Below, piece after piece: positions 42,856 through 61,751 of a stretch of 64,000 nt of DNA. The translations under genes were made by a program, and so were the position numbers. The notes under the pieces are model-generated. The model was not told the DNA's origin. It saw only the letters and a list, made by a program, of their open reading frames with translations, and made no database searches. The number at the start of each line of letters is the position of its first letter. Positions within the stretch are counted from its first letter, which is position 1. This DNA is from Phaeosaccion multiseriatum (taxonomy: Eukaryota; Protista; Ochrophyta, other classes). The stretch is from positions 6,510,001-6,574,000 of the forward strand of contig OZ218950.1 in the NCBI GenBank assembly GCA_965112735.1. Direction: 5' to 3'.

Positions 42856-43491
42856 TCAACTTCTCTTCTTGCCGCCCTTCCGGGCAAACCCCTTCCGCGA
42901 AGACACCCTCCTCTTGCTGCTGAGGCTTTGCTCCAAGAACCGTAGCGCCGTGCTGGCGCGGGTATGCGCTTGCACCGGTTGGTAGCCCCGCGCGTCGATG
43001 TCATCATTGGCGCCGTCGCTGCCAAGGGCCACCAATCGAAAGTTGCCATGCTTGAAGCCGGTGGTGGACACCTCTATTCTCTGCTTGCGCTTCACCAGAG
43101 TCGCCTCCCGTTTCCGCTCCTCCTCCAGTCTTCGTCGCTGCTCCGCGGAGTGCCTTCGTTCGCCGTCCTCTCCCGCCTGCTTGACAGCAGCGAGCACATT
43201 CCCGGACAGCAGCTCCTCCTCCCTCTCCTCCTCTTCCTCCTCTTCCTCCTGCTTCTCCGCACCCCCCCCTCTCCTCCTAGCGGCATGCTGTTCATTCCTC
43301 GCCTCGTCCCTCTCCTTCTGCTTGGGCCTCTTCCTCTTCTTCCCCTTTCCCTTGGCTGCCTCCTCTCTGGCCCTCGTCTCGGCCAAAGCTATCACCTTCG
43401 CCTCTTGCTGTCCCACCTCCTCAGGCGCCTCATCGTCGCTGTCGCTCTCTTCTCTCGCCTGCTGCACCGGAGCTCTCCTTGAACCTACCAT
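42856..43491 (-). CDS. Intronless NOL7/Bud21(UTP16)-like U3 snoRNP-associated protein
   Basis: N-terminal SDSDDEAPEEV motif, charged helices, basic NLS-like clusters and a basic C-terminus. Confidence 0.55.
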   Translation of the reverse strand: MVGSRRAPVQQAREESDSDDEAPEEVGQQEAKVIALAETRAREEAAKGKGKKRKRPKQKERDEARNEQHAARRRGGGAEKQEEEEEEEEREEELLSGNVLAAVKQAGEDGERRHSAEQRRRLEEERKREATLVKRKQRIEVSTTGFKHGNFRLVALGSDGANDDIDARGYQPVQAHTRASTALRFLEQSLSSKRRVSSRKGFARKGGKKRS

Positions 43492-43625
43492 CTCCACAAG
43501 GGGGGGATCCTTTAAAACCCCAAATCGCTCACACCTCCGCATCCATTGCCATCAGATGGCACTCCATTCCCCCTTTCCCACCTCCTTCCTTCTCCTCCTC
43601 CTTCACCCCTTCCGTGTTGATTACC

Positions 43626-44681
43626 ATGAGAACCGAGGCGAGAAGACGCCTTAGGTTACGAGGCTCCTCACGACGGGCGTTTTGCACTCTCGTGCTCCTT
43701 TCCATTCACCACCATGTCCAATCTGAAGCCTTCCTTTCCACCTCTGTGTTCACGCAAGCCAAGGCATCACCCGCGCGAGCAGCAGCAGCGGCTGCTTCCA
43801 CTGCTGCAGCCACCACTTCAGTTTCGCCAGCTATCGGTAGCTGTGGCGGCTATGTGGTGGAAAGCTTGGAAGGCAAGTCTACAGTGGAGCACCTGCCTCC
43901 TCTACGCAACAGGTACCTGGCCCTGAGACACGGCCAGAGTGAGGCCAATATGGAGGGTATCATCTCCAGCGACCCTGCCGTGGGCACGGTCAAGCATGGC
44001 CTCACGGTCACGGGGAGGGCACAAGCCAGGCAGAGCGCTACAAGACTAATTGATGTCGTGGGGAGAGACGATATCGACAACGTTGTTTTCGTTTCCAGCG
44101 ACTTTACCCGGGCCAGACAAACAGCTGAAGGTGTGTGGGGTAGACAGACACGACTTGCATCTGACTTGCAAGGCCATAAAAGGCGTCGACTGACGCGCTC
44201 CTACTCATTTGTACCTACTTACTTCCAGAGAGAGGGATTACGTTGATTGGCCCTCTTGGCCTGGAATGCAATGCAGTCCTTGCCTTGTTCTTTCGTCACC
44301 ACTGACCGGCTGCTCCCTCCCTTCTTGGTCTGTCTTTATGTCTGTGCTGCTGTCTTCCTTCTGCTCGCCTGGGTGACACAAAACCTCCCCTCTCCTCCCC
44401 TCTCCTCCCCTCCTCTCCCCTCCCCGACAGAGTGTAGAATCGCCGTGGAGAACATTGTAGGCTTTGAGAGGGACGTCCTCAATAGGGAGAAGGAGGAGGG
44501 AGATACAGAAGAAGCGGTAGCGGCGGCAGGAAGTGCAGCCCCTGGGGAGGTGCTGCTTACTCAAGCTCAATGGGAGCAGTACCTTCCACCCCCGGTGGTC
44601 ATCAGGAAGGAGCTGCGCGAGAGGTGGTTCGGAGAGTTGGACGGGACTGTGCTGCTCAACTACAACAAGGTGCGTGTTTGC

Positions 44682-44712
<31 letters not shown>

Positions 44713-45053
44713 GTGTGTTTGTGTCGCCAGGGTAGCAGCAGGAAGGAGGGGTGGAGAATCATTTCTCCTACTTCTCACTACTCATGCCTGCACGTGAGGT
44801 GTATACGTCAACTGACACAGACGACCCACAACCCAACAGCTAAATCAACCCCAACTAATACCCCTCAAAGGTTTGGCCCGAGGACCTCAAGGACGCGTCT
44901 CACTCGGGCTTTGGCGTCGAGTCTGTACAGGAGGTATGCTCTAGGCTGCGCGGAATGTTCCTGGACCTTGAGGAGCAGTACGAAGGGAAGGTGCTCGTGC
45001 TGACCTCACACGCAGGTAGGTAACTTGACGGGACCGACAAACCGGGCAGTGCG

Positions 45054-45119
<66 letters not shown>

Positions 45120-45604
45120 CTTCTCTTTCCCTTTTCTTTCACGCTGTCTCTTCTTTCGCTCTCAGCTCTCTCTATTTCTGTCTCTCTTGCGTGCTTGGCC
45201 AACTGACATTCTCTCTCCGAACGTGTCATCTCTGTTTCCCCCCTCCCTCCTGCTGCTGGCGCTTCTCATTATCTACGTCATTCCTCGCCTCTCAGACACA
45301 CTTCAAATAATGCAGTGCTTCGTGGCGGCATGTAAGTGGGGTCAAAGTGTTGCTAAAGAGAGCGTGTACCTGTACTTCTGTGTGTGCTCCACCTGAGTCG
45401 TATTCCCTCTCGCTATGCTAGTTACTGATCGAAGCACCCCCCCTTCCCCTGCTTTCATCCGGACCATGGTGCATGTTGCTTGCTCTATTCAAAACAGCGG
45501 ATGAGCGTCTGTTCAGTCAGTACCGCTTCAAGAACGGGGAGGTGCGGCAGCTGCTCCAGGAGGAAGACTCGCTGCCCGCACCCCGACCCCTGTCCTTCCA
45601 ATAG
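43626..45604 (+). CDS. Histidine phosphatase / phosphoglycerate mutase family protein, probably plastid-targeted; 5 exons
   Basis: YLALRHGQSEAN, SSDFTRARQTAE, LRERWFGELDG, GVESV, LVLTSHA|DTLQI. N-terminal hydrophobic stretch, then SEA|FL and an A/S/T-rich transit-like segment. Confidence 0.9.
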
Positions 45605-45929
45605 CACGACCGGATGGCTGGATGCGCCCAGTCCAGGCCTTTGGAGTATGGCACTGCCGTGCTTGCAGGTCTGACAGCTGCAGCAGTAAGTAGCAGCAGC
45701 ACCACCACCACCACCACCAGACTTGGGGAGCAAGGAACGAGGAGGAGGGCGAGACGGCAGAGGAGGACGGCGAGAGGGCGAAAATGCATCTGATATAGAC
45801 TAGAGGGAGAACACGTGCCTTAGGTCACGCGTGTGGTACATCCCATTTTGAAGCGATGAAGCAAGCTACTCGAAGCTACGGGAGTTGGGAATCAAATACA
45901 ACCAACCTGCAATCAATACTCAGCCCCAG

Positions 45930-46121
45930 CCTCACCTAGTGGCCTGGGTGGGCCTACAGTATCGTATTTGGACAAGTGAGCGGCCTAAATGGGGGGTGGG
46001 GTGCCCAGAGCGCAGAGGGCCAGAACGACCGAAGGGCGGTCGGCCTAGCGGAGGGGTACAGGGAAGGGGGGACAGAAAGGCAGAACGGCCAAGGACCTTG
46101 GCCTAGGGTCTCCCTGCACGG
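45930..46121. mobile_element. Degenerate relative of the 7567-7846 MITE
   Basis: Colinear blocks: AAGTGAGCGGCCTA (45974 versus 7738), CGACCGAAGGgCGgtCGGCCTAGCGG (46026 versus 7785; 23/26 match), TGCACGG (46115 versus 7834). Confidence 0.5.
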
Positions 46122-46385
46122 ACATTTGTAGGGGTACCAGCAGCAGGTGCACTGCAAAAAATTGGGGGATGATGGAAGGGTGGTGAGGGGTTGGGCACCA
46201 ATAGCGAGTTCGCAGTTCGCAACCGAAACACAACCGACATCGAACCAAGGGCACGCAAAGTGCGAACGAATTCGAGCGAACCACCAACTGCATTACCTGT
46301 GAGCCATTGTCAATTTCCAATTTCTCGTTGGTTCGGCCGCTGCCTCCACTGATACATATACCAGCTGACATATACCGAGTTGGTC

Positions 46386-49022
46386 ATGTCGACGGTCGAG
46401 GAGGGTCAGCCGCTGCAAGGCTATGGCTCTATGCCCTCTTCTTTAGCCTTGCAGAAGAGCAGCTACAGCACCAGACTCCAGGAGGTGAGTGTGAGAGGGG
46501 GGAATCTTGGATGCGATGCAGAATCTTTTCACAGTGTAGACATAAACAACACTGGCTGGGCTGTGTCTCGCGTCTCCCGCAGAAAATGGCAAGGGGGTGC
46601 GGCTGCTACTCAAGCTTGGCGCCCTTGCTCTGCATGCTACAATTTGTGCCACTGCTCTTTTCTCCACCCCCTCTCTCCCTTTCCCACTCCGCTCTTAGGT
46701 GTTCACCTCCTTCCTGCCGCTGGGGTATGTGACCTTCGGCGGACCCAATGCACACATTGCAATCTTGCACGACCGCTTTGTGGTGTCGAAGCAATGGCTG
46801 ACTGACAGTCAGTTCCTTGAGCTCATGGCAGTCGGGCAAGGTCTGCCCGGGCCCACTTCCACACAAATGGTTATCGCAACCGGCACCTATCACGCCGGCT
46901 TTCTCGGGGGGCTGCTTGCCTTCTTGCTCTTCAGCATGCCGTCTTTTGTGGTCTGCACGCTGTGTGGAATGGGTATCAGCGCCTTTCTGGAGGGTGGCAC
47001 ACCAGGTATCAAGGCTGTTTGTGGAGCAGAAGGGGCAGACTGATTTGGTCGCAGCTGGGAGGGGACGGCAACCGAGTATCAAAGTAGTGCCTGCATCGAA
47101 AGCGAATAGAGGATCGACTTGAGTGAAAGGCACTTACTCAGCAATCCTTTTCCTCTCTCTCTCTCTCGTTCTGTTTTGGACACATACCTTAGCTCCTCCG
47201 CCTGTTCTCATCTTTGCATTTTCTTCTGTCTCTTTCCTCCTGCCCCCTCCCCCTCTTCCAATCAATAGACTGGATGTCCGGACTCGCCCCTGCTGCCGTT
47301 GCACTAGTCTGCGTCGCTGCCTTCAAGCTGGCTGCAAAGGTGCGACGACACCTGGCGATTCTCTCCCCTCGCGCCCCGCCCTCTTGTTGTTGTTGTCCTC
47401 CCCCCCTCACACACATACATTCATACATTGATAGTGGGGACCTGTGCTCTCTCTCGATATCATTCCCCGATTCACCACCCATTCACCGCTCCCGTCCCTC
47501 GCCAGGTGAACGACAGCAAGCTCAAGATCTTTCTCAGCATGACGAGCGCCTGCATCACAGTCTTCATCAATGGCGACGCCAACGTGAATTCAAACATCAT
47601 CGCGTGGGTCTTCCCCCTCATGCTCATCATCGGAGGGCTTATCGTGTACATCCACTCCAAGATGGCTCCAGAGGCAAGTATGGACACTGGGCTGCCCTGA
47701 GCTGAGCTGTTTGCCTCGTTGGTCGCCCCTTCTCTCGCCTCACTCTTGGGCCCAAGGCAGTGTCGTTGTCTGTGTTGGTGGTGGTGGTGGTGGTGGTGGT
47801 GGTGGTAGTGCTCTATCCGCACAACTTTCGTGGCTCTCTCGAGGCTTACGCGCGTGGTGTCCGTCCCACTTCGCCTCCCTTCGCCTGCCCATATGCCTGC
47901 CCACATACCTCTGCCTTCCGTCTCCGATCTCACAAACAAACACAGAAATACCCAACCCCCGAGGAAGTCGCTCGCTCCGACGACAGCGCCTACGAATCCA
48001 TCGGCACTCCCATGTGGGTAGGCGGAGTCATTATCGGCGTGTTTGCGGCCATCCTTGGCTATGTGCTGTACACGGCCCCTGCAGACGGTAACGCGGGCAT
48101 GTTCGCCACCATCTTCCGTATCGGGTCCACCATCTACGGAGGAGGACAGGTGGTGCTGCCCATGCTGCTGGACGAGGTAAGGAGACAGAGAGCTAGAGAT
48201 AGAGAGTGAGAGAGGAGGGGGATGGGGGGAGGGAGGCGGAGGTACTCCTTCCCTTCGGCTGCCATCTCGCTTCTAAGCTTTGTTTTGCCATGCTCTCACG
48301 CCGGGGTGCCGTCATCTCTCTTTTTTCGTAGGTTGTGAATCCTGGCTGGCTGACTCGAGACCAATTCCTTCAAGGCTTCGCCATCGTTCAGGTACGGTAC
48401 TGGCGCTGCGCATGTGGAAGGGAGTGAGTGTGGCACTGTCTGCCGGCCTGCAACCTCACTCTCCTGTACTTTGAGCACTGGGTGAGGTCCAGTAAACTGA
48501 AATTGAACTTGAACTAAGTCATTCCTCTCCTCCCCTGCTGTCCTGTCCTCTTCTCTTTCCCTGCGATAAACAATTTCGTTTCGTCTCCTCCACTTCCACC
48601 CTGTCACCTCGACATTTCAGGCGCTCCCCGGGCCGCTGTTCAACATTGGCACGTACGTTGGCGCCGTCTACAGCGGGTCTGTGTCAGGGGCACTCGCGGG
48701 GTACGTGGCGCTCTTCCTACCCGGTTTTCTCCTCATCCTGGGTTTCATCCCCTTCTGGGCCGCTGTGCGAAAGATTCACTTCATCCGTATCTTCTTGAAG
48801 GGTGTCAACTCGGCGGCTATTGGGCTGGTGGCTGCGGCCTGTGTCTTGCTGTGGAGGCACGCGGTTCACGACTTTAGTCACGCGATTGTGTTTCTGGTGA
48901 CGGGATGTATGCAGGGTATGCTGGGCCAGAGCGCTCCGGTCAGCATCGTGGCGGGAGGGTTGGTGGGGTGGCTCCTCAGCCCCTCGATGGGAAATCTCGC
49001 GCAGGAGTCATACTGTGCATAG
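46386..49022 (+). CDS. Chromate ion transporter (CHR/ChrA family, long-chain); 7 exons
   Basis: FLPLGYVTFGGPNAHIA, WLTDSQFLELMAVGQGLPGPTSTQ, FRIGSTIYGGGQVVLPML, WLTRDQFLQGFAIVQ|ALPGPLFN, FLPGFLLILG, FLKGVNSAAIGLV. Confidence 0.93.
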
Positions 49023-49405
49023 ATAGATATGATAGATACAGGTTTACATAGCAGAGCAGAGCAGAGCGTTACGCTTTACTACGTGCTTGCGCGAAGGACG
49101 ACAAAAAAGAAAAAGTGTCTATGGTATTGTAACAAATAATTATACAATGGGACTGAGAGAACTTCTAAAAAATAAATACAAAATAAATGTACATGACCGG
49201 CCCTCCTTCAGAGAGACTCTGCTTGATGTAAAATACCAATGGCAATAGACTCGGTGAGTCTTATGTCGGTCCTGCCCCCTCCTCCTCCCTGTTTGAGCAA
49301 ACTCTCAAACTCCCTCTGACTAAACTGGAATGGACAGCACACTATTGGAGTGGAGTGCCATCTATTCCTAAGACTCCCTTAATATGGTATACTCTCTCTC
49401 TCTCT

Positions 49406-50577
49406 CTAAGACTTGCCCTGCCACAGACCCTTGAAACGGATCTCCACCTCCCTAGCACTGGGGCGGGCTTTGGGGTCATCATGCCAGCAGTCCTCCAACA
49501 GCACACACAGGTCCTCGGGCCAAAAGGAGAAGAGCTGCGGTCTCTCCCCTCCGTAAAAGACCTCCGAGAAGATGGTTTCGGCCGTAAAGCCCTCAAACGG
49601 TTTGCTGAGCGCAAGCATCTCCCACATTACCAGCGCCATTGAGTATACATCCGCCTTCTCGCTGTAAGGCTCGTGCAGCGCTACTTCCGGGGCCATGTAG
49701 CGCAAACTCCCCACGCCTCCGGTCATTTCAAAGGCCTCTACGCACGAGTGCTCGCGCGCGTCCCTCCCTGCGCCCGGAGGCTGCACGCCAGATACTTGCC
49801 TGCACAGCCCGAAATCGAATAGAGCGAGGCTTCCGTCCGGCCGGATCCCGACGTTATCGGGCTTGATATCGCGGTGCAGGAGGATGGTGTTGGTATAAGA
49901 AGGACGCCGCCCTCCTCCTCCTTCGCATTCTCCTTCGCTATCGTTTAAAGCAGACCCGGGGGAGGGTGGCTCCAGTCCATCGGCCTCCATCTGTGCAATC
50001 TCCGCCTCACTCAGCCCACAGCCGCCAATGCTGCTGGTCCATTCGTCCTCCTCTCGTGGGGCGTGCAGGGCAGCCAGTGCGCCAGCCAACTGGAACCCGT
50101 ACTGCATGCACTGGCTCAGGGGGTACTTGCGCCGCACACGCACCGCCTTGCGCTTCCTCTCAACGAGGCTTGTTTGCTGGGGCGAGCCCGCCGCCCCGGA
50201 GAACTGCTCTGCTACGGTACCCACGAGCCGCTCCAGTACAAGAAAGAGGCCTCGTGTATCGTCGAAGCCCCAGCCCAGGACTCGCACAATGTCCGGCTGA
50301 TGCGAGAAGGAGAGGAGGGCGGCCAGCTCCTTCTCCAGGTCTCTGGAGGCGGCGTCCCATCCGCATGAGAGCTCCTCTGCGGGCCGGAGCATCTTGACGA
50401 CTGCCGGTTTGCCCTCAAACGTGCACGCGTAGATGCAGCAGAAGGTGCCCAACCTCAGCGGCTCCAGGGACCTCTTGGGCCCCCCGAGCTCCCCCAGACT
50501 CAGGTCCTCTCGGACAAGGGGGGGTGGTTTGTTTGCGGCGGCTCGGGCGCGTCTCGCCGCTTCCTTCTCCTCCTCAT

Positions 50578-50616
<39 letters not shown>

Positions 50617-51463
50617 GCTCCTCCTGCTGCTCCAGCTCCTGCTGCTCCTGTTGCTCCTGCTGCTGCTCCTGCTGCTCTTCCTCCACCTCCACTTCAACCT
50701 TCGCGTCCTCCTGCTTCTCATGCTGGTGGTGGCCGGGCAGAGACACCAGTCCCGTCGTTTCCGGCTCCGCCTCCTGCGGCTCCGCCTCCTGCGGCTCCGC
50801 CTCCGGCTCCGGCTCCGCCTCCGGCTCCGCCTCACACGTAGGTTCATCGGGCTTACTCAGCCGCTCCAGTTCAGGGGGACCTTCCTCCTCCTGCACCTGC
50901 TGTTCCTCCTCCTCCTCCTCCTCCTCCTCCTCCCCCTCCTCCTCCTCCTCCTCCTCCTCCTCCTCCACCTCCTCCTCAACCCCCACCACCTCCTCCTCCT
51001 CCCCCTCCTCCACAACCGCCTCCTTCTCCGCAGGCCCAGGACTCAGGGGTTGGGATCCACCGCGTCTCCCCCCAACGTCATGAGCAATGCTGCCCCCCCT
51101 GCTGCTGCAGTCCGCTGTCAACGAGTGCGAAATGAAAGTCGAAATGGTTTCCTCATCTATCGCCCTCTCCGTGTCTTCCGTCGGCGAGGCTTTGGTGCCG
51201 TTCATAATACTGCTGTATGCCGGCGAATGTGATGTAGGGGGGGAGTGCGTGGAGTTCCTAAGGGTCTCCTCGTCCTCGGCCCTCTCCTTGCCTTCCTGCG
51301 AGTAGGCCTTGCTCCTGGTCCTGCTCCTCCCCCTACTCCTCAGCGACTCCGCTGCCTGCTTTGAATGTGAGAGACTCGCCCTAATGGTCTCCTCGTCAGC
51401 GCCCACCGCCTTGCCTTCCGTCGAGTATGCATTTATATGCTGACGGGACTGTGCACAACCCAT
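49406..51463 (-). CDS. Intronless tyrosine-kinase-like (TKL) protein kinase with N-terminal MGC acylation signal
   Basis: AVVK, HRDIKPDN, DFG, GSLRYMAPE, DVYS..LVMWE, CW..DP..RP. Starts MGCAQS, followed by a long acidic linker. Confidence 0.92.
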
Positions 51464-51694
51464 ACTTGTTGCTGCTTCAAGCTGCTTCCCCCGCCTTCCT
51501 CACACCTGACAATTTGTTCCCAAGACAACGTTCTTCCTTAGAGTGGTAGTGAGGCCAAGCCAGGGTCGTGCTAGAAATGAGGCTTAAAGCGATAGGACTG
51601 CTGACAAACTCCCCCCTTCACAAAATGAGAGCTGAGCCGCACATGGAAATGGCACGAAAATTTGGCGGCCATCCGGGCTCCGACATGGAACCCC

Positions 51695-51727
51695 GTAACC
51701 TTACGTATTCTACATACGTAAGGTTAC
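51695..51727. promoter_or_regulatory. Palindrome with two TTACGTA words upstream of the kinase
   Basis: GTAACCTTACGTAT-tctac-ATACGTAAGGTTAC, a perfect 14-bp inverted repeat about 230 bp upstream of the kinase ATG. A regulatory role is inferred only. Confidence 0.4.
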
Positions 51728-52311
51728 TTGTACCTCCGCACCGTTCCGAAGGGGATACTCGCGCCGAACAGCTCCCACCACACACACGTACTCGTTATCA
51801 AAGGTGCTCGTTATCAAGCAAGGCTTGTCACCTCTCCCCCCTCGCTCCCCTCTCAATCAATCTCTCATCCTCTCACTCACTCACTCACGCACCCACGCAC
51901 GCACGCGCATGCACTCACGGAACATTCAGGCACACCCCACTCACTCCCTCACTCCCTGACCTCACTCATGGATATTCTCCTGAGTATTCAAACGCTATTC
52001 CTTTGGGACTCGATACTGTATTGGTAAAAAAATCGAAAACATACTCGCCCACCAACTCACGGGACGCACTCACGGGACGCCCTCATGCACTCACTCACCC
52101 ACTCACGCACGCACGCATGCACTCCCCATCACTGCCCCACACTGCTGCCAGCTGCTGGACAGCTGAAATCTCACTCACCCACGCACGCACGCTCCCAACG
52201 CACCTACTCACTCACTGCGTGGCCAATCACTCCCTCACGCACTCACTCTTTCACGCAGTAAACTGCAACAGCCGAGCCAAATGCCTCCTCAAGAGTTCGC
52301 CTCTTCTGCAG

Positions 52312-52555
52312 GGCAGCAGGCTGTGGCTCCTGAAGCGCGAGTCCATTGATTATTTATTATATTGGGGGCTGGGGTCTAGTGGCAGCAGGCTGTGGCTCCT
52401 GAAGCGCGAGTCCATTGATTATTTATTATATTGGGGGCTGGGGTCTAGTCGCAGCAGGCTGTGGCTCCTGAAGCGCGAGTCCATTTTTTTTTTTTATTTG
52501 GGGCTGGGGTCTAGTGGCAGCAGGCTGTGGCTCCTGGATGGGGGGTTGGGGTCTA
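52312..52555. repeat. 69-bp minisatellite, about 3.5 copies
   Basis: Units start at 52312, 52381, 52450 and 52516 (GGCAGCAGGCTGTGGCTCCTGAAGCGCGAGTCCATT...TTGGGGGCTGGGGTCTAGT), directly downstream of the ProRS stop. Confidence 0.92.
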
Positions 52556-52597
52556 TTCAGCAAACCCAAACTGTTTCCCCCTTTGAGGTGCTGCAAC

Positions 52598-58873
<6,276 letters not shown>

Positions 58874-59111
58874 ATCAGCCGAGGGGGGGGGGGTCCCACA
58901 CCTCCGCGTCAGCCGTACCGCTGGTGCTGTTGCTGCCTTTCCCACTCCTCCTGCTTCTGCAGTTGGTACAGCACCCTCTGTTTTTTCGTCTTCCTTCAAC
59001 AGAATCGATTGCCGATTACTTTTCCTCCGGTCACAGTTGGCGTCGTGGAGGAAGAACCTTCGAAGGAGGTCAGTTGGAACCCGAATCACTTGAGACGAGG
59101 GAACGAGCCGC

Positions 59112-59824
59112 ATGGTCTGTTGGCCATGTTCAGACTCCTCTCAGCTTCGGTATCCTCGTATTGTGGTGCTGGTTTCCCTATTTCTGTACCTTCTCTGCTT
59201 AGCTGGAGGGACGCAGCCACCAATCTTCCCACCACCTCTCCAGCAACGAGGGCGACATGATGCAGTCTCCCACCTACAACGCCACTTCGATTTCTGCGCC
59301 ACCACAGTGATTGATGGACAATGGCTTCACTTCAGAGTCGACGCCGCCCTTCCCCTCACGCGTGTTGCACGCGAGGTATCTTCCAGCATGGGATCATCAT
59401 CAGATGGAGAAGCTGGAGATCGAGCTGCCGACCTTCTGGAGGCCTTTCTTGAGTACCGCACGAGCATTGTGATGATGGAGAGGCTGGACGTGAGGAGGGC
59501 TGTGCACGAGCTGCGCGTCCCATTTGCCGTGGTCGTCGGCAGCCAGTCCTGCCGAGACCCCCAGAGCCCTCCAGAGCTCATCAGGGCCGACACCGCCCCT
59601 GCTACCACTGAGGAGGGCATCTGCAGCGGCGGTGGTGATGGAGTTGGAGGTGGTGCTGGGGTCGGAGGCGGCGGCGCTGCGAGTGTCCCTTTGGATGAGA
59701 GTGTCTATCTCCATCTCTCCCTCTCCTCCTTCAACGCGGGCAATGCCCTCGACTGGGAGTGGCACTTTGGCTTAGAGAGGCCCGCTACGATATTCCTGAC
59801 GAGCGAGGCGGTAGAGGGGGTTTT

Positions 59825-59867
<43 letters not shown>

Positions 59868-61709
59868 GCGTCGGACGGCTTGGCAGGGGACAGCGTTGGC
59901 GGCCTACGGAGAGTGCTCGACCTGGCCGCGACTTACCTCGCTCCAGGGGGGAAGCTGATGGTAGGGCTTCCGCTTCCCGGCGGTGCTGTAGCTGAAGCTG
60001 GTGGGAGGGATCGGGCGGGGGAAGGGGGAAAGGATGGCCCTGCCAATGATGGTGGAGGAGCGGTTCCGCAGGTGGCAAGTCTGGTGCTGCAGCGCGGAGA
60101 CTTTGCTCCCGTGCCGGCCCCAGCGCCAAAGGGAACAATAGAAGAGGCGAGGGAGGAGGACAGGCATGCGAGTACGACAGGCCCACTGGTCTTCAGGAAG
60201 CGACGCGCGAACGACCACCGAGGAGGAGAGCACCATGCGGATGGGAGTCATGATGGTGAGAAGCCTCTCCATGGCAGCAGCAGCGATAGTGACAACAGCA
60301 GCAGCAGTGACTGGTGGGCCGCCTCGGGGCTGGCGGTCAGAGTAATCAATCTTGAGCGCAGGCCCGATCGACGAGCAAGTGTGCTGCAGGCGCTGGAGCA
60401 GGCAGGTACGATTGGGTTACCAACTACGTATCTTTGGGTATCATCGAGAGTCCGTCCTATCCTCTCCGATCCTATCTCAGTTGGGCACCTATCCTACCCT
60501 CGACCACATCTCTGAAGTATACTCTCCACTCTTGTATATGCATATATGTTTAGCTCCCCCTCCTCGCATGTGTGTGTGGGCACATTGCACAAGCTCAGCG
60601 GCGGTCGGCTCAAGTACCCTCTCCCCCATTCTCTTTGCTCCCTCTAGTGCTAACACTCCATTCCCCCCCACACCCATCACCACATCACCAACCCCCTTCC
60701 TCCTGGACCAATTGGTGCTCCGTGCCCGTCGCCAAGCAGGCATCCCGCTCTCCCACGTGCAGGTAGTGGCGGCTGTGGACGGGCGTGCGCTGGACCTGTC
60801 TGCAGACCCCGAAGCTCGGCACCTCTTTAACCTCGAGAGGTGGTCCTACGGCTCTGCCAACAACCCCTTTCAGAGCCACGGTTACGTCCGGTGAGTTGAG
60901 TGTGTCTGTATGGGAGGGAGGGGGGGAGGGAGGGAGAGATGGAGGGAGACGGAGAGGGGGTGAGGGAGGGAGGGATGGAGGGAGGGAAAGCCGGATCGGG
61001 ACGAACGAGAGACGAAAGAGAGAGGAGGAAATGTGGCTAAGGTCTGACAAGTTACACATATATGGGGTCGCTTTTGTCCATAGTCGATCTTCTAGTTGGT
61101 TTGTCTTGGCGTCTGAGTCATGGAGGGGGAGGGGGGTTGAGGGTGGGGCTGTGGAATGTACACGTATACACCCTGCTGTGTGAGCCTTGGAAATCCAAAA
61201 CAACTAGGTACAGCATAGCACAGCTCACTGAAACAAACTAACCCGTTCCTCCTTCTCTCTCCTCTCCCCTCGCCTCTCACCTCACTTCACTCTCCCCCCC
61301 CCCCCGGGCGCCTGGGGCATGTAAGATCCGTGCTGGGGGTAGCTCTGAGCCACCATGGCCTTTGGCAGAGCTTAAGTACCGATTCATCGCTCTCCCTCCT
61401 CGATGCTCACGTCATTTTCGAGGACGATGTCCAACCGGTACCCAACTTCGCCCAGCAGTGGGCCCAACTCTACGACCTTCTGCGGCATGACCTCTCCTGG
61501 GACATTGTGTGGCTCGGCGTGCTCTCCGAGAGAGGTTTGTATGATGCTGACCCCCCCGTCTTGTTTGATGAGGCCGGTCGTAGCGGTAGCAGTGTCGGTG
61601 GTGGCGGTGGTGGTGGTGGCGGTGGTGGTGGTGGTGGTGGTGCCGGTGAGGCTGCCTGCGGCCGTCCGGTCCAATCCCGCTCACCCGCTGAGCCCTCAGG
61701 TCTGCAGCG

Positions 61710-61751
<42 letters not shown>

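Noticed and set aside
52312-52555. Possible CRISPR array
   Set aside because: Units repeat in full with no unique spacers, there are no cas genes, and the context is eukaryotic.
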